A DNA stretch of 64,000 nt from Chthoniobacteraceae bacterium (GCA_037190965.1 JBBCKI010000002.1:32001-96000); one strand, 5' to 3'; shown: positions 1-9,628, counted from the first letter of the stretch. Notes: generated by a model from the letters alone, not told the origin. Numbers and translations: made by a program.

Positions 1-793
1 GGAGCGTCCCCGGCTTTTTCTGAAGCAACATCTGCCGGGCGTTCTGCTCATGCTCGATGATCTTTTCGATCACCTTGTTGAGCTGCGCGACGATCTCTTC
101 CTCCTTCTCGCCGAGGGTGATCTGGTTGGAAATCTGGAAAAGATTCCCCATCGCTTCGGTCCCCTCCCCGTAGAGGCCGCGAACGGCGAGGCCGATCTTG
201 TTGACCGCCTGGATGACCTGATTGATCTGGTCGCTCAACACCAGCGCGGGGAGATGGATCATCGCCGAAGCGCGCATTCCGGTGCCGACGTTCGTCGGGC
301 AGGCGGTGAGATAGCCGAGTGTAGGATGAAAAGCGTAATCGACCCGGGCTTCCAGCGCGCTGTCTACCTTATCGAGCAGTTTGAAGGCGCTGCGCAGTTG
401 CAGGCCGGAGCGGATCACCTGCATACGAAGGTGATCTTCCTCGTTGATCATGATGCTCAACGTCTGCTTTTTGTTGACGACGACGGCGCTGCCGACCCCT
501 TTGGCCGCGTGCTCACGACTGATGAGGTGGCGCTCCACAAGCACCTGCTTCTCAAGCTGGGAGAGATCCTGCAGAAAGGACGAGTAGGCGTCCTGCATCT
601 CCGTCAGTCCTTCGACCTGCGGCTTGATGAGTTCGAGCGCCTGAAGGCGGTCGCTCTTCTTGGCCCAACCGGGAAACGGGTGCCCGCGCAGATTCCTCGC
701 CAGGCGAACCCGGCTGGAAATCACGATTTGATGGTGGGGCCCGTCGTTCCGAGCCCACTCACCACTGCTCGAAAATAGGCTGCTGATTTTCAC
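1..793 (-). CDS. mcsB: Protein arginine kinase McsB (3' end runs off the window)
   Basis: Not in the ORF track. Manual minus-strand translation from GTG at 793 (overlapping the mcsA stop) gives MKISSLFSSSGEWARNDGPHHQIVISSRVRLARN... and later GLAVRGLYGEGTEAMGNLFQISNQITLG, which are ATP:guanido phosphotransferase motifs. Confidence 0.93.
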   Translation of the reverse strand, partial: MKISSLFSSSGEWARNDGPHHQIVISSRVRLARNLRGHPFPGWAKKSDRLQALELIKPQVEGLTEMQDAYSSFLQDLSQLEKQVLVERHLISREHAAKGVGSAVVVNKKQTLSIMINEEDHLRMQVIRSGLQLRSAFKLLDKVDSALEARVDYAFHPTLGYLTACPTNVGTGMRASAMIHLPALVLSDQINQVIQAVNKIGLAVRGLYGEGTEAMGNLFQISNQITLGEKEEEIVAQLNKVIEKIIEHEQNARQMLLQKKPGTL

Positions 794-1275
794 GGTTGGT
801 GTTCGAGTTCCCGCAATTGATCGCGAAGCTGGGCGGCGGCTTCATAGTTCTCGTCGGCCACCGCTTTGTCCAGATCGCGCTGAATCTGTTTGATCCTCGT
901 GTCACGTTCGATGGTGCGCATCAGTCGCGCCGGCACCTTCCCGACATGTGAGGTTCCCTTGTGCATCGCCTTGAGGAGCGAGCCTAGCCCTTCTCCAAAA
1001 GTATCGTAACACGCGCTGCACCCGAGACGACCGGTTTTCTTGAAATCCGCCTGGCTGAAGCCGCAGACGGGACACCGCTGCCCCACCGCGCCTTTCTCGA
1101 TTTCCTGAGCCGCGCCGAGGCCGAGCAGAAGATCCGCCAAGGCAAAGCCCGTGGGATCGGTGACCCCCTTCTCCTTGGAGCAGGCTTCGCAGAGGTTCAC
1201 CTTCTGCATCTTCCCGTCCACGATCTGCGTCAGAAACACCGTTGCCTGGTTATTTTTGCAAACGTCGCAGACCAT
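790..1275 (-). CDS. mcsA: McsA, arginine kinase activator (CxxC motifs + UVR domain)
   Basis: CDVC, CEAC, CPVC, GRLGCSACY and C-terminal ENYEAAAQLRD; directly upstream of mcsB. Confidence 0.93.
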   Translation of the reverse strand: MVCDVCKNNQATVFLTQIVDGKMQKVNLCEACSKEKGVTDPTGFALADLLLGLGAAQEIEKGAVGQRCPVCGFSQADFKKTGRLGCSACYDTFGEGLGSLLKAMHKGTSHVGKVPARLMRTIERDTRIKQIQRDLDKAVADENYEAAAQLRDQLRELEHQP

Positions 1276-1327
1276 GTTCTTTTTTTCGATTGGATAAATG
1301 TTTCAAGCTCCGGAGCGGAGCACCCGC

Positions 1328-2197
1328 CTATTCATAAATCGGCGCACCTGTGGAGCGTGTCAACTCGCGGAAGCGGGCAATAAATTTCGCGGTGATGCAA
1401 CCCGGCTTCCCGTCGCCGATGGGTCGGTTGTCAAGGGTCACCACGGGGATGATTTCCGCCGCCGTTCCGGTGAGAAAACACTCGTCGGCAGTGTAGATAT
1501 CATACCGGGTCAAATTCGGCTCGGTAATCGAGTACCCGAGTTCCTCCGCGATCTGGAAAACCACGGCGCGGGTGATGCCGCAAAGAGCGCCCGAAGAGAT
1601 ATGAGGGGTGATGATCTTGTTTCCCTTGATGACGAAAATATTGTCGCCGGTGCACTCGGCCACATAACCCTGCTCGTTGAGCATCAACCCTTCCCCTGCG
1701 TTCCCGGCTTCAATCTTGGCGAGGATGTTATTGAGATAGTTGAGCGACTTGACCGACGGGCTCAACGCCCCTGGGGCGATGCGGCGGGTGGAACAGGTCA
1801 CCACGTCGAGGCCGTTCTGATAAAGCTCCTCGGGGTAAAGTTTGATGGAAGCGGCAATGATAATGACGCTCGCCCTCGGGCAGAGCTTCGGATTCAAGCC
1901 GAGATCGCCCACCCCGCGCGTCACGACGAGCCGAATGTAGCCGTCCCGCAGGTTATTCTCGCGGCAGCTCTGGATCACGGCGTCGCACATCTCCGCCTTG
2001 CTCATCGGGATGGTGAGCAGAATGGCGCGCGCGGAATCGTAAAGACGATCGATGTGTTCTTCGAGCTTGAAGACACGGCCGTTGTAGAAGCGAATTCCCT
2101 CAAAAATACCGTCGCCGTAAAGCAACCCATGGTCGAACACGGAGATCTTCGCGTCGGCCTCGGCATAAAAAGTGCCATCAATGTAAATCTTCTTCAT
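1328..2197 (-). CDS. ilvE: Branched-chain amino acid aminotransferase (class IV PLP)
   Basis: DHGLLYGDGIFEG, KSLNY, ECTGDN, GITR, TGTAAE motifs. Confidence 0.95.
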   Translation of the reverse strand: MKKIYIDGTFYAEADAKISVFDHGLLYGDGIFEGIRFYNGRVFKLEEHIDRLYDSARAILLTIPMSKAEMCDAVIQSCRENNLRDGYIRLVVTRGVGDLGLNPKLCPRASVIIIAASIKLYPEELYQNGLDVVTCSTRRIAPGALSPSVKSLNYLNNILAKIEAGNAGEGLMLNEQGYVAECTGDNIFVIKGNKIITPHISSGALCGITRAVVFQIAEELGYSITEPNLTRYDIYTADECFLTGTAAEIIPVVTLDNRPIGDGKPGCITAKFIARFRELTRSTGAPIYE

Positions 2198-2266
2198 TTC
2201 AGGAGTAATCTTGAGCGGCGTCGTGTCTTTTTAGAGGGGGTAATCAATTCTATCCTATCGGTGCTG

Positions 2267-2995
2267 TCATTGCCCGGTGGTTTTTAGCAGGCCATCGGCA
2301 ATTTCGACCTTGCGATCGCCCCTTTCCGCCAGCCGCGCATCGTGCGTAACAACAATCAATGTTTTCTGGTTTTCCCGAACCAACGCAAGCAGCAAATCGA
2401 CAATGACTTCACCTGTTTTGGAATCGAGATTTCCCGTCGGTTCGTCAGCAAAGATAATACTAGGGTCATTGATAATAGCCCGGGCAATGGCGACCCGCTG
2501 TTGCTCGCCGCCGGAAAGCTCGGCAGGAAGATGATGCCGCCTTGCGGAAAGGCCGACCCGGTCCAGCGCTGCCTCCGCCGCAGCCAGCCCCGCTTTGCCG
2601 CCAATCATCGTCGGCAGCATCACGTTTTCCAACGCGGTCAGCTCGGGAAGGAGAAAATACCCCTGGAAAACAAACCCCATCCGGGCATTGCGCACACGGG
2701 CTTGTTCCCGGGCGCTGGCTTCATAAAGAGAGCACCCTTCAAAAGTGACCGTCCCCGACTCCGGACGTTCCAATCCAGCCAGGGTATAAAGCAACGTCGT
2801 CTTTCCCGCGCCCGATGCGCCCACCAGGAAAACCGATTCCCCCCGGCGCACGTCCATGGAGACGCCACGAAGCACTTCGATCTGGCGAGGGCCGATCTTG
2901 AAGGAGCGTTTCAGATTATCGGCCCGCAGGTGAATATCAGCCCGTTGCGTGGAAAAGGAGCGTGGCTCCGCGGTAGATGGGGACGTTTCGTTCAT
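2267..2995 (-). CDS. ABC transporter ATP-binding protein, LolD-like
   Basis: Walker A GASGAGKT, LSGGEQQRVAIAR, ADEPTGNLD, VTHD. Start set at the ATG after an AAGGAG SD. Confidence 0.88.
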   Translation of the reverse strand: MNETSPSTAEPRSFSTQRADIHLRADNLKRSFKIGPRQIEVLRGVSMDVRRGESVFLVGASGAGKTTLLYTLAGLERPESGTVTFEGCSLYEASAREQARVRNARMGFVFQGYFLLPELTALENVMLPTMIGGKAGLAAAEAALDRVGLSARRHHLPAELSGGEQQRVAIARAIINDPSIIFADEPTGNLDSKTGEVIVDLLLALVRENQKTLIVVTHDARLAERGDRKVEIADGLLKTTGQ

Positions 2996-3008
2996 GGCAT
3001 CAAGCTCC

Positions 3009-3464
3009 TTAACAACGGGTTTTGATCTGGCGCATTCCTTCAAAAAGGACGATGGCGGCAGCGGTGGCAAGATTGAGGCTGCGGGTTTTGGTCGTCATCG
3101 GGATGGTGCGCTGACTTTCGACATTCTCCGCAAGCAACGGCTCTGGCAATCCTTTGGTTTCCCGGCCAAAGACGAGAAAATCGCCGGGCGCAAACTCGGT
3201 GTCATAATAAGGACGGTCGGTCTTCGTAGTCAAAAACCAGAACCGCCCCTCCGGGTGCGCGGCCTGCAGAAGGGCAAAGGAATCCCAAATCTCAACCTTC
3301 GTTTCCTTCCAGTAATCGAGCCCCGCCCGCTTGAGTGTTTTATCGTCGATGGAAAACCCGAGCGGTTTGACCAGATGCAACGTGGAATCGGTGGCCAGGC
3401 AAAGCCGGGCGATGTTCCCCGTATTGGGCGGAATTTCGGGCTCTACGAGGACGACGTTGAACAT
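3009..3464 (-). CDS. trmL: tRNA (cytidine(34)-2'-O)-methyltransferase TrmL (SPOUT)
   Basis: VLVEPEIPPNTGNIARLC, LKRAGLDYW, FGRETKGLP, RSLNLA. Confidence 0.93.
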   Translation of the reverse strand: MFNVVLVEPEIPPNTGNIARLCLATDSTLHLVKPLGFSIDDKTLKRAGLDYWKETKVEIWDSFALLQAAHPEGRFWFLTTKTDRPYYDTEFAPGDFLVFGRETKGLPEPLLAENVESQRTIPMTTKTRSLNLATAAAIVLFEGMRQIKTRC

Positions 3465-3477
3465 AAAGGGAGAATGA

Positions 3478-4569
3478 TCACCCGGCTTTCTCGGGAAAGC
3501 ACGCCGGTTTTGCGGAATTGGACCGCGAAATCCGTTCCGCACGCAATTGCCCGCAACCTGCGGCCACGTCGATGCCGCGCCGTTGGCGGATGGTGCTCGG
3601 CAGGCCCGCTTCCTGCAAAATCTGCTGAAACCGGTTCGCCGCCTCGGCGGTAGTCTCGCGACCGCCGAATCCTTGGGTGGGATTCAACGGGATGAGATTC
3701 ACGTGGGCGTCGATTCCCGCGAGGAGCGCGGCAAGCCGCCGCGCCTGTTCCGGAGAATCGTTCTTGCCGTCAATGAGAGTCCATTCAAAGAAAATCCGTC
3801 GTCCTGTTTTTGCGCCATAGGTCCGGCAGGCCGCGATCAGATCCGCCAGCGACCAGCGGCGGCTGGCCGGGACAAGCGCGGAACGCTCCTCCTCGGTCGC
3901 GCCGTGCAGGCTGACGGCGAGATTGTACGGGCGCCCCTCTTCGGCAAGGCGAAGGATGCCGGGAACGACCCCCACGGTGCTGATCGTGATCCGGCTGGGG
4001 CCGATGTTGAGCCCGCGCGTGTCGGCGATGATCTCCAGCGCGGCCATGACCGCATCGAAGTTATGCAACGGCTCCCCCATCCCCATGAGCACGAGATTAC
4101 GGAGCGACTCCCCTTCCCTTTCCGCTCCCGATTCTCTCAGCGCACGGCGGCAATGCAGCACCTGTGCCACAATCTCGCCGGGGCGCAGGTGACGGACAAA
4201 CCCCATCTGGCCGGTGGCGCAAAAGGTGCACCCCATGGCGCATCCCGCCTGGGTGCTCAGGCAGGCGGTGAACCGTCCGGGGAACCCCATCAACACCGAC
4301 TCGACCTCCTGCCCGTCGCGCAGGCGAAGGAGGAACTTCCTGGTAAGGCCGTCGCTGCTCCGGATATCGGCGGCCACTTCGGGCGTCTCCGGGAAAAACC
4401 GCCCGGGCACCGCCTCCGCCATCCAGCGGGCCAGCGGCGGGGAGAACTCCGAGGCGACATCGCGGTACAACGAGGCCCACAAGGCCCGGGCATGCATGGG
4501 GCGCACCCCGGAGGCGTCGAGTTCCCGCTCCAGCGCACCGAAACTCAGATCATGGAGAGAGACGTTCAT
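3478..4569 (-). CDS. rlmN: RlmN/Cfr-family radical SAM RNA methyltransferase
   Basis: CAMGCTFC, MGMGEP, SLHG, NLIPLNP, AAGCGQL. Confidence 0.88.
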   Translation of the reverse strand: MNVSLHDLSFGALERELDASGVRPMHARALWASLYRDVASEFSPPLARWMAEAVPGRFFPETPEVAADIRSSDGLTRKFLLRLRDGQEVESVLMGFPGRFTACLSTQAGCAMGCTFCATGQMGFVRHLRPGEIVAQVLHCRRALRESGAEREGESLRNLVLMGMGEPLHNFDAVMAALEIIADTRGLNIGPSRITISTVGVVPGILRLAEEGRPYNLAVSLHGATEEERSALVPASRRWSLADLIAACRTYGAKTGRRIFFEWTLIDGKNDSPEQARRLAALLAGIDAHVNLIPLNPTQGFGGRETTAEAANRFQQILQEAGLPSTIRQRRGIDVAAGCGQLRAERISRSNSAKPACFPEKAG

Positions 4570-4573
4570 CGAA

Positions 4574-5005
4574 TCAGATGGAATATTTAGCGGCGATCCA
4601 GTCCGGGATCTTCTCCGCGCGACCGCTCTGGAGATTGATCATCGTGTAGTCAAACCAGCCGTCGCACGAAAGCTTTCCGTTGCTTTTCCGGCGGATCTCG
4701 AAGTGGACTTTCACCCCATCTTTGTGCATCGCCTCCACCCAGGTCGTGACGGTGATGCTGTCGTTCAAATTGAGCGGACGCTTGTACTCGACGTGCGCCG
4801 TCTTCACGACCCAGCCGAACCCCGCCGCCACGAACTCCTCCATCGCCATCTTGTAACAGCGGGCCATCTGGTCATACCGGGCGGCCAGAACGTAATCGAA
4901 ATACCGGCTGTTGTGCACATGCTGGTTCATGTCGATATCGTCGGGACGGACTTGCAGGTCCGTCTCGAACCGGGTGCGTCCCAGGGGTTGTTGTTCGTTG
5001 CTCAC
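4574..5005 (-). CDS. Acyl-CoA thioesterase (4HBT/FcbC hot-dog fold)
   Basis: VRPDDIDMNQHVHNSRY and YKRPL motifs. Start uncertain (GTG 5005 or ATG 5023). Confidence 0.85.
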   Translation of the reverse strand: MSNEQQPLGRTRFETDLQVRPDDIDMNQHVHNSRYFDYVLAARYDQMARCYKMAMEEFVAAGFGWVVKTAHVEYKRPLNLNDSITVTTWVEAMHKDGVKVHFEIRRKSNGKLSCDGWFDYTMINLQSGRAEKIPDWIAAKYSI

Positions 5006-5106
5006 GGGACGGGAGCGTTGCATCGACCGGCCTCCGGGGCAAGGCCCATCATCGGCATTGCAGGGAATGGCAGTCGAGCAATAACGCGTCGGTGTCACGG
5101 TTGCCA

Positions 5107-5274
5107 GGTAGCACGCTCTCGCCGAGAGCGCGGGACACGACAAAGAGGCGCGTTTGACCTCCATCCCCGCAGGACTGACTGGTTCTGCTGGGATGTGGTC
5201 TCAAAGGAGGCAAGAAAGCCGATACCCGCGCTCGACGGCGCGAGCGTGCTACCGGTGCTACCGCACCATTCGGC
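5107..5274. repeat. REP-doublet/MITE-like element family A, copy 1
   Basis: GGTAGCACGCTCTCGCCGAGAGCGCGGG ... CCCGCGCTCGACGGCGCGAGCGTGCTACC, then tail GGTGCTACCGCACCATTCGGC. Homologous to copies at 33945 and 59901. Confidence 0.85.
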
Positions 5275-5348
5275 ATAAAGGGGAATTTCTTTCCAATCTC
5301 GGTTTTCCGGTTTTTCTTATCGCCCGCTACGCCTATAACCCTCACACC

Positions 5349-6857
5349 ATGTCCACCTCCGCGCCCTTGTTCATGCAACCCTACCTGGAAGAAAAACCGG
5401 AGTGGTCCGAACTGACCCGATTTGCCTGGGAGTGCGCCGGCAAGCATGTACGCACCACGCGCGGTCGGCGGCACATGGATGTCGGCTGGAATGGGCGGGA
5501 GAATCTCCAGTGGGTCTGGGATTCCTGCTTCATGGCGCTCTATAGCCGATACGCCCCGGAGGCCCTCCCCGGAATGGCAAGCCTCGACAACTTCTACGAC
5601 ATCCAAAGAGAGGATGGCTATATCGGGATGTGCTACGATCTCGATACCGGAGCGGAGCCGTGGCCCGATCGGATCAACCCGCCTCTTTTCGCATGGGTCG
5701 AACGCGAGTATTGGCGGACCACAGGGGACGCCAGCCGGCTGAAGCGAGTATTGCCCCACCTTGAGAGGTTACACGACTGGATCGACGCGAACCGTCGCAC
5801 CCAGCCGCACCGCCGTCTCCTGGCGCACGACAGCCCCGAAGATGGACAGGGAGAGTCGGAAAATTGTTACCAGCTTTACTGGTTCAAGGATGGCGGCTCC
5901 TCCGGCATGGACGATTCCCCCCGCACACCGCGTCTCCCCGGCGCGGGCCAGTTTTTTGATTGGATCGATCTTTCCAGCCAGATGGCGCTTGCCTGCCGCT
6001 GCCTCGCGGAGATGTTCGCCGCAACCGGTGATGCCGAACGCGCCGCCCTCTGGCAAGGCCGCCACAGGCAACTCGCCGGGACGATCAACGATGAACTCTG
6101 GTGTGAAAAGACCGGGTTCTATCACGACAGGACGCTGCCAACCGGCTTTGTCCCATGCAAGACCATCGCCGGTTTCTGGCCCATGCTGGCGGGCATCTGT
6201 GACCCGAAGCATCTCGATCATCTGGAAGCGCACCTTCGCAACCCCGCCGAATTCAATCGGCCCGTGCCCGTTCCCGCGCTGAGCGCCGACGACCCCAACT
6301 ACCGCCCCGATGGCGCTTATTGGCGCGGCGGTGTCTGGGCTCCGACCAATTACATGGTGATTCGTGGACTGGCGACCGCAGGGCGGCGCGCCGAGGCGCA
6401 CCGCATCGCGACCCGCTACCTCGATGCCCTGGCCACCGTCTATCGCAACGTGACCCCGCATACCCTCTGGGAAGCGCTCGCGGCGGAGAAGCCGGAGCCC
6501 GCGAAGACCGCCTACACCGGAGAATGGGTGCGTCCCGATTTCTGCGGTTGGAGCGCCATCGGGCCCACTGCGATCTTCCTCGAAAATGTGATCGGCATTG
6601 AAGTGGATGCGTCCACCGGTACGGTTCACTGGGACATCCGCCTCGAAGGAACCCACGGTGTCCACCGCCTGCCGCTTGGCCGGGGAACGGCCGCCGACCT
6701 GCATTTCCGGCCTACCGATGGCGGCGGAACTGTGGAAGTTCAAACAGAGACACCGTTCGATCTCGTCCTGAAACGAAAAGACTGCCAGATCATCGCCAAA
6801 GTGCCCTTTTCAAGTGAGGGAAGCTTTACGATTCAGATCCCATCAGTCCCTACCTAG
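5349..6857 (+). CDS. Glycoside hydrolase, GH63/MGH1/trehalase-like (alpha/alpha)6 family
   Basis: WVWDSCF, INPPLFAW, SGMDDSPR, YWRGGVWAPTNY, TLWE, DFCGWS. No signal peptide. Confidence 0.82.
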   Translation: MSTSAPLFMQPYLEEKPEWSELTRFAWECAGKHVRTTRGRRHMDVGWNGRENLQWVWDSCFMALYSRYAPEALPGMASLDNFYDIQREDGYIGMCYDLDTGAEPWPDRINPPLFAWVEREYWRTTGDASRLKRVLPHLERLHDWIDANRRTQPHRRLLAHDSPEDGQGESENCYQLYWFKDGGSSGMDDSPRTPRLPGAGQFFDWIDLSSQMALACRCLAEMFAATGDAERAALWQGRHRQLAGTINDELWCEKTGFYHDRTLPTGFVPCKTIAGFWPMLAGICDPKHLDHLEAHLRNPAEFNRPVPVPALSADDPNYRPDGAYWRGGVWAPTNYMVIRGLATAGRRAEAHRIATRYLDALATVYRNVTPHTLWEALAAEKPEPAKTAYTGEWVRPDFCGWSAIGPTAIFLENVIGIEVDASTGTVHWDIRLEGTHGVHRLPLGRGTAADLHFRPTDGGGTVEVQTETPFDLVLKRKDCQIIAKVPFSSEGSFTIQIPSVPT

Positions 6858-6871
6858 GGCGTGTCTACGAA

Positions 6872-7056
6872 TTGAGAGATAGAGGGCCTTCGGCTGCGAG
6901 GAGTGCGGCGTCGCGGAGCTCCGCCCTCCGTTGACGGGTATCTGACACTAGCTTCTCAAAAGGCTTTCACCCTGCGCGCGCTTGCCGCGCGGTAGGGGGA
7001 GGGCGGAGCTCCGCGACACCGCACAGGGCAAAAGGCCTCTTATTTTTTCTTCTCAA
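6872..7056. repeat. Palindromic element family B, copy 1
   Basis: 27-bp inverted arms at 6903-6929 and 6998-7024 (26/27 match; GGAGGGCGGAGCTCCGCGAC core). Homologous to the 55635-55815 copy. Confidence 0.8.
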
Positions 7057-7087
7057 CAACCCGCGCTGTCTCAACGAACTTTTGAAC

Positions 7088-9628
7088 CTAAAACTGAATG
7101 GCCGGAGGGGCGTCGAGTTGAATAGTCGACTGCTCGTCAGGAATATCGAGGGTCCGCACCTTTTCGGCACGGCGGATCGGCGGCTCTCCGGGTTCTTCAG
7201 GTTTCGGTTCCTCGGTCTGGGCGGCAGCCTCGACGGGAGTTGATTGCGGATCGGTGGGTGGGATCTCCCTGGGATCATCCGGGCCAACCGCTTCGGCGCG
7301 CCGCACGGGGACACTCCGGATCGCGCCAAACGGATCATCTCCCAGAACCGTCGGAGCCTTCATGGGCGTCGGAACAAAGGTCTCGAGATCGACGGCCAAC
7401 TCAGCGCGGGTCCCCTCGCCGCTTGGCTTGGCGACTTTGACCCGGCGTCCGCCCGGCTCGCCATGCACATCGCACGGATCCTCGGGCGCTTGCTCCGGGG
7501 TCCCCCACTCAAAGTAGGTCGTCTTGTTCTCGAACGTTTCGCCCTCGCCGCCCGTGGTGGTTTCGAAGCATTTGTCAGTGGCCAGCATTCCCGAATCGCG
7601 GCAGATCTCGTACTTCTTCAAAGCGTCGGGACGGGCGATGCCTTCCGCCGGGAAATGAGCAAACGAGGCGTTCATGAAATCGACCCATATCGGGAGCGCG
7701 ATCTCGTTGGAAAAACCCCCCCGATAAATCGCCTGGGGCGAGTCGAACCCTGCCCAGACGCCGCAGGTGACGGCGCTGGAGTAGCCGACAAACCAGACAT
7801 CGGTGAAGTTATAGGCCGTGCCGGTCTTGCCGCCGAGCGGGAATTTCCTCAATCCATACGAGGAAAAGGCCTTATCCGCGCTCCCCCATTCCAACGAATC
7901 GGCCAGCGCGGAATGAACCTCGTAGGCGGTGGACGCCTGGACCACCTGCACAGGTTTGCGCTGGGGCTGTTCGAAGATCACCTGCCCGTCTTTCTGCACG
8001 ACACGTTGGATAACAAATGGCTTCGCGGGGCGCACGCCGCCATTGGGGAACATCGAGAAGGAAAGCGTCAGATCCTCCAGGGTCACCTCGCTGCTGCCCA
8101 GGAAAGTGGCTGGGTAGCGGCGTAGTTCGCTGTCGATGCCCGCTCGCTTGGCAAGATCGAGCACCGCATCGACCCCCGTGGTCATGCCGAGGCGGACGGT
8201 GGCGGCGTTCTTGGATTTCACCAGCGCGTAGTGCGCCGAAATCGGCCCCTCAAAATGATTGTCGACGCGTTCCGGCCCCCACTCGCCAAGCACACCGGTG
8301 GTGCCGCCGATCATGACCTGCCTATTGTCCATCACCGCATCCTGAAACACACTGCCCGGGAAGATCCCTTTCTCAAACCCGGCGGCATAGACGAGCGGGA
8401 GAAACGCCGTGCCGGGAGGGCGGTTGGAGAGGAGCGCGCGGTTGAACTGGTTATGCGCAAAGTTCCGCCCACCCACGAGCGCGAGAACGCCGCCTGTGCG
8501 GTTGTCGAGAGCGTAGAGAGCCCCCTGAAGATAGCTCGGGCCGGGGAGCGGATCGTTGTCCGCCCGTTTGCGGCGCTGGCGGTACATCTGCTCGTATTGC
8601 GCGTAAGTCTGCCGCTGGGTGCCGAAATCGCGACGCTGCTCGACCTCCTCAAGGCGCGTGCGGAGGGTCTTTTCAGCGGTCTTCTGAAGATCCCCGTCAA
8701 TAGTGGTATAAATGCGGTAGCCGTCGCCGTAGACGCTGTCGTTGCTGCCGATCAGGTTGGCCACCTGCTGGCGAACAAACTCGACGGCGTACGATTCGCT
8801 GTAAATCGCCGCCCGGTTTTTCACCGCAAGGTCCTCCTTGAGGGTCGCCTCGTAACGATCCTGCTTGATCAGGTCATTCTCCAACATCCTCCCCAGGACG
8901 AAGTCTCGCGCCGCGATGGATGCCTTCCGGTTTCTCCACGGGGAGAGATTATTGGGGCTGCGAAGCATCCCCGTCAGCGTGGCGCATTCGGAAAGCGTCA
9001 GATCACTGGCCGATTTGCCAAAATAGCCGTGCGCGGCGGCCTCCACCCCGTAGAAGCCCGAACCGAAGTAAACCCGGTTGAAATAGAACTCGAGAATCTG
9101 TGCCTTGGAATAGTGGCTCTCGATCCGTCTCGCCACAAATGCCTCCAGGATCTTGCGACGGAAACTCCGGTCGCTCGGAAGGGCTTCGGCGAAAGAATTG
9201 CGGGCCAACTGCTGGGTGATGGTCGAAGCTCCCTGACGGACTTTTCCAGCCCGGAGATCCTTGATAATGGCGCGTGCGATCCCGATGTAGTCGATGCCCG
9301 AGTGCTGAAAGAAACGGTTGTCTTCAGCGGCGATCAGGGCCGGCACGAGGTCTCCCGCCATCTCCCTGAGCGGAATCGTGTCCCGATTCTGGATATAGAT
9401 CTTCCCGAGGATCTTTTCGTTCCTGTCGTAAACGATGCTCGCCGTCTCCATATCGTCCAGTTTGGACAAGTCGAGAGCGTCGGCGCGGGTTCCATATTCC
9501 ACCTTCAGGTAGACGACTCCCGCAACGGCGAGCAGAAGCCCAAAAAGAGAAAGCACCGCCAGCGCGATGAACCACGCGCGACGGTAAAATGGTTTTGGAG
9601 GCCGGGAATCATGCCACATTCCGTTCAT
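7088..9628 (-). CDS. Class A penicillin-binding protein (PBP1A family, transglycosylase/transpeptidase)
   Basis: N-terminal TM; EDNRFFQHSGID, GASTITQQLAR, RKILE; SKN and KTGT transpeptidase motifs. The SxxK motif looks degenerate (PGTAF). Confidence 0.9.
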   Translation of the reverse strand: MNGMWHDSRPPKPFYRRAWFIALAVLSLFGLLLAVAGVVYLKVEYGTRADALDLSKLDDMETASIVYDRNEKILGKIYIQNRDTIPLREMAGDLVPALIAAEDNRFFQHSGIDYIGIARAIIKDLRAGKVRQGASTITQQLARNSFAEALPSDRSFRRKILEAFVARRIESHYSKAQILEFYFNRVYFGSGFYGVEAAAHGYFGKSASDLTLSECATLTGMLRSPNNLSPWRNRKASIAARDFVLGRMLENDLIKQDRYEATLKEDLAVKNRAAIYSESYAVEFVRQQVANLIGSNDSVYGDGYRIYTTIDGDLQKTAEKTLRTRLEEVEQRRDFGTQRQTYAQYEQMYRQRRKRADNDPLPGPSYLQGALYALDNRTGGVLALVGGRNFAHNQFNRALLSNRPPGTAFLPLVYAAGFEKGIFPGSVFQDAVMDNRQVMIGGTTGVLGEWGPERVDNHFEGPISAHYALVKSKNAATVRLGMTTGVDAVLDLAKRAGIDSELRRYPATFLGSSEVTLEDLTLSFSMFPNGGVRPAKPFVIQRVVQKDGQVIFEQPQRKPVQVVQASTAYEVHSALADSLEWGSADKAFSSYGLRKFPLGGKTGTAYNFTDVWFVGYSSAVTCGVWAGFDSPQAIYRGGFSNEIALPIWVDFMNASFAHFPAEGIARPDALKKYEICRDSGMLATDKCFETTTGGEGETFENKTTYFEWGTPEQAPEDPCDVHGEPGGRRVKVAKPSGEGTRAELAVDLETFVPTPMKAPTVLGDDPFGAIRSVPVRRAEAVGPDDPREIPPTDPQSTPVEAAAQTEEPKPEEPGEPPIRRAEKVRTLDIPDEQSTIQLDAPPAIQF

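Noticed and set aside
50..778. 242-aa plus-strand ORF
   Set aside because: Antisense shadow of mcsB.
5154..5348. N-terminal extensions of the GH63-like and thioesterase ORFs in the ORF track
   Set aside because: They run through repeat family A; the real starts are downstream.
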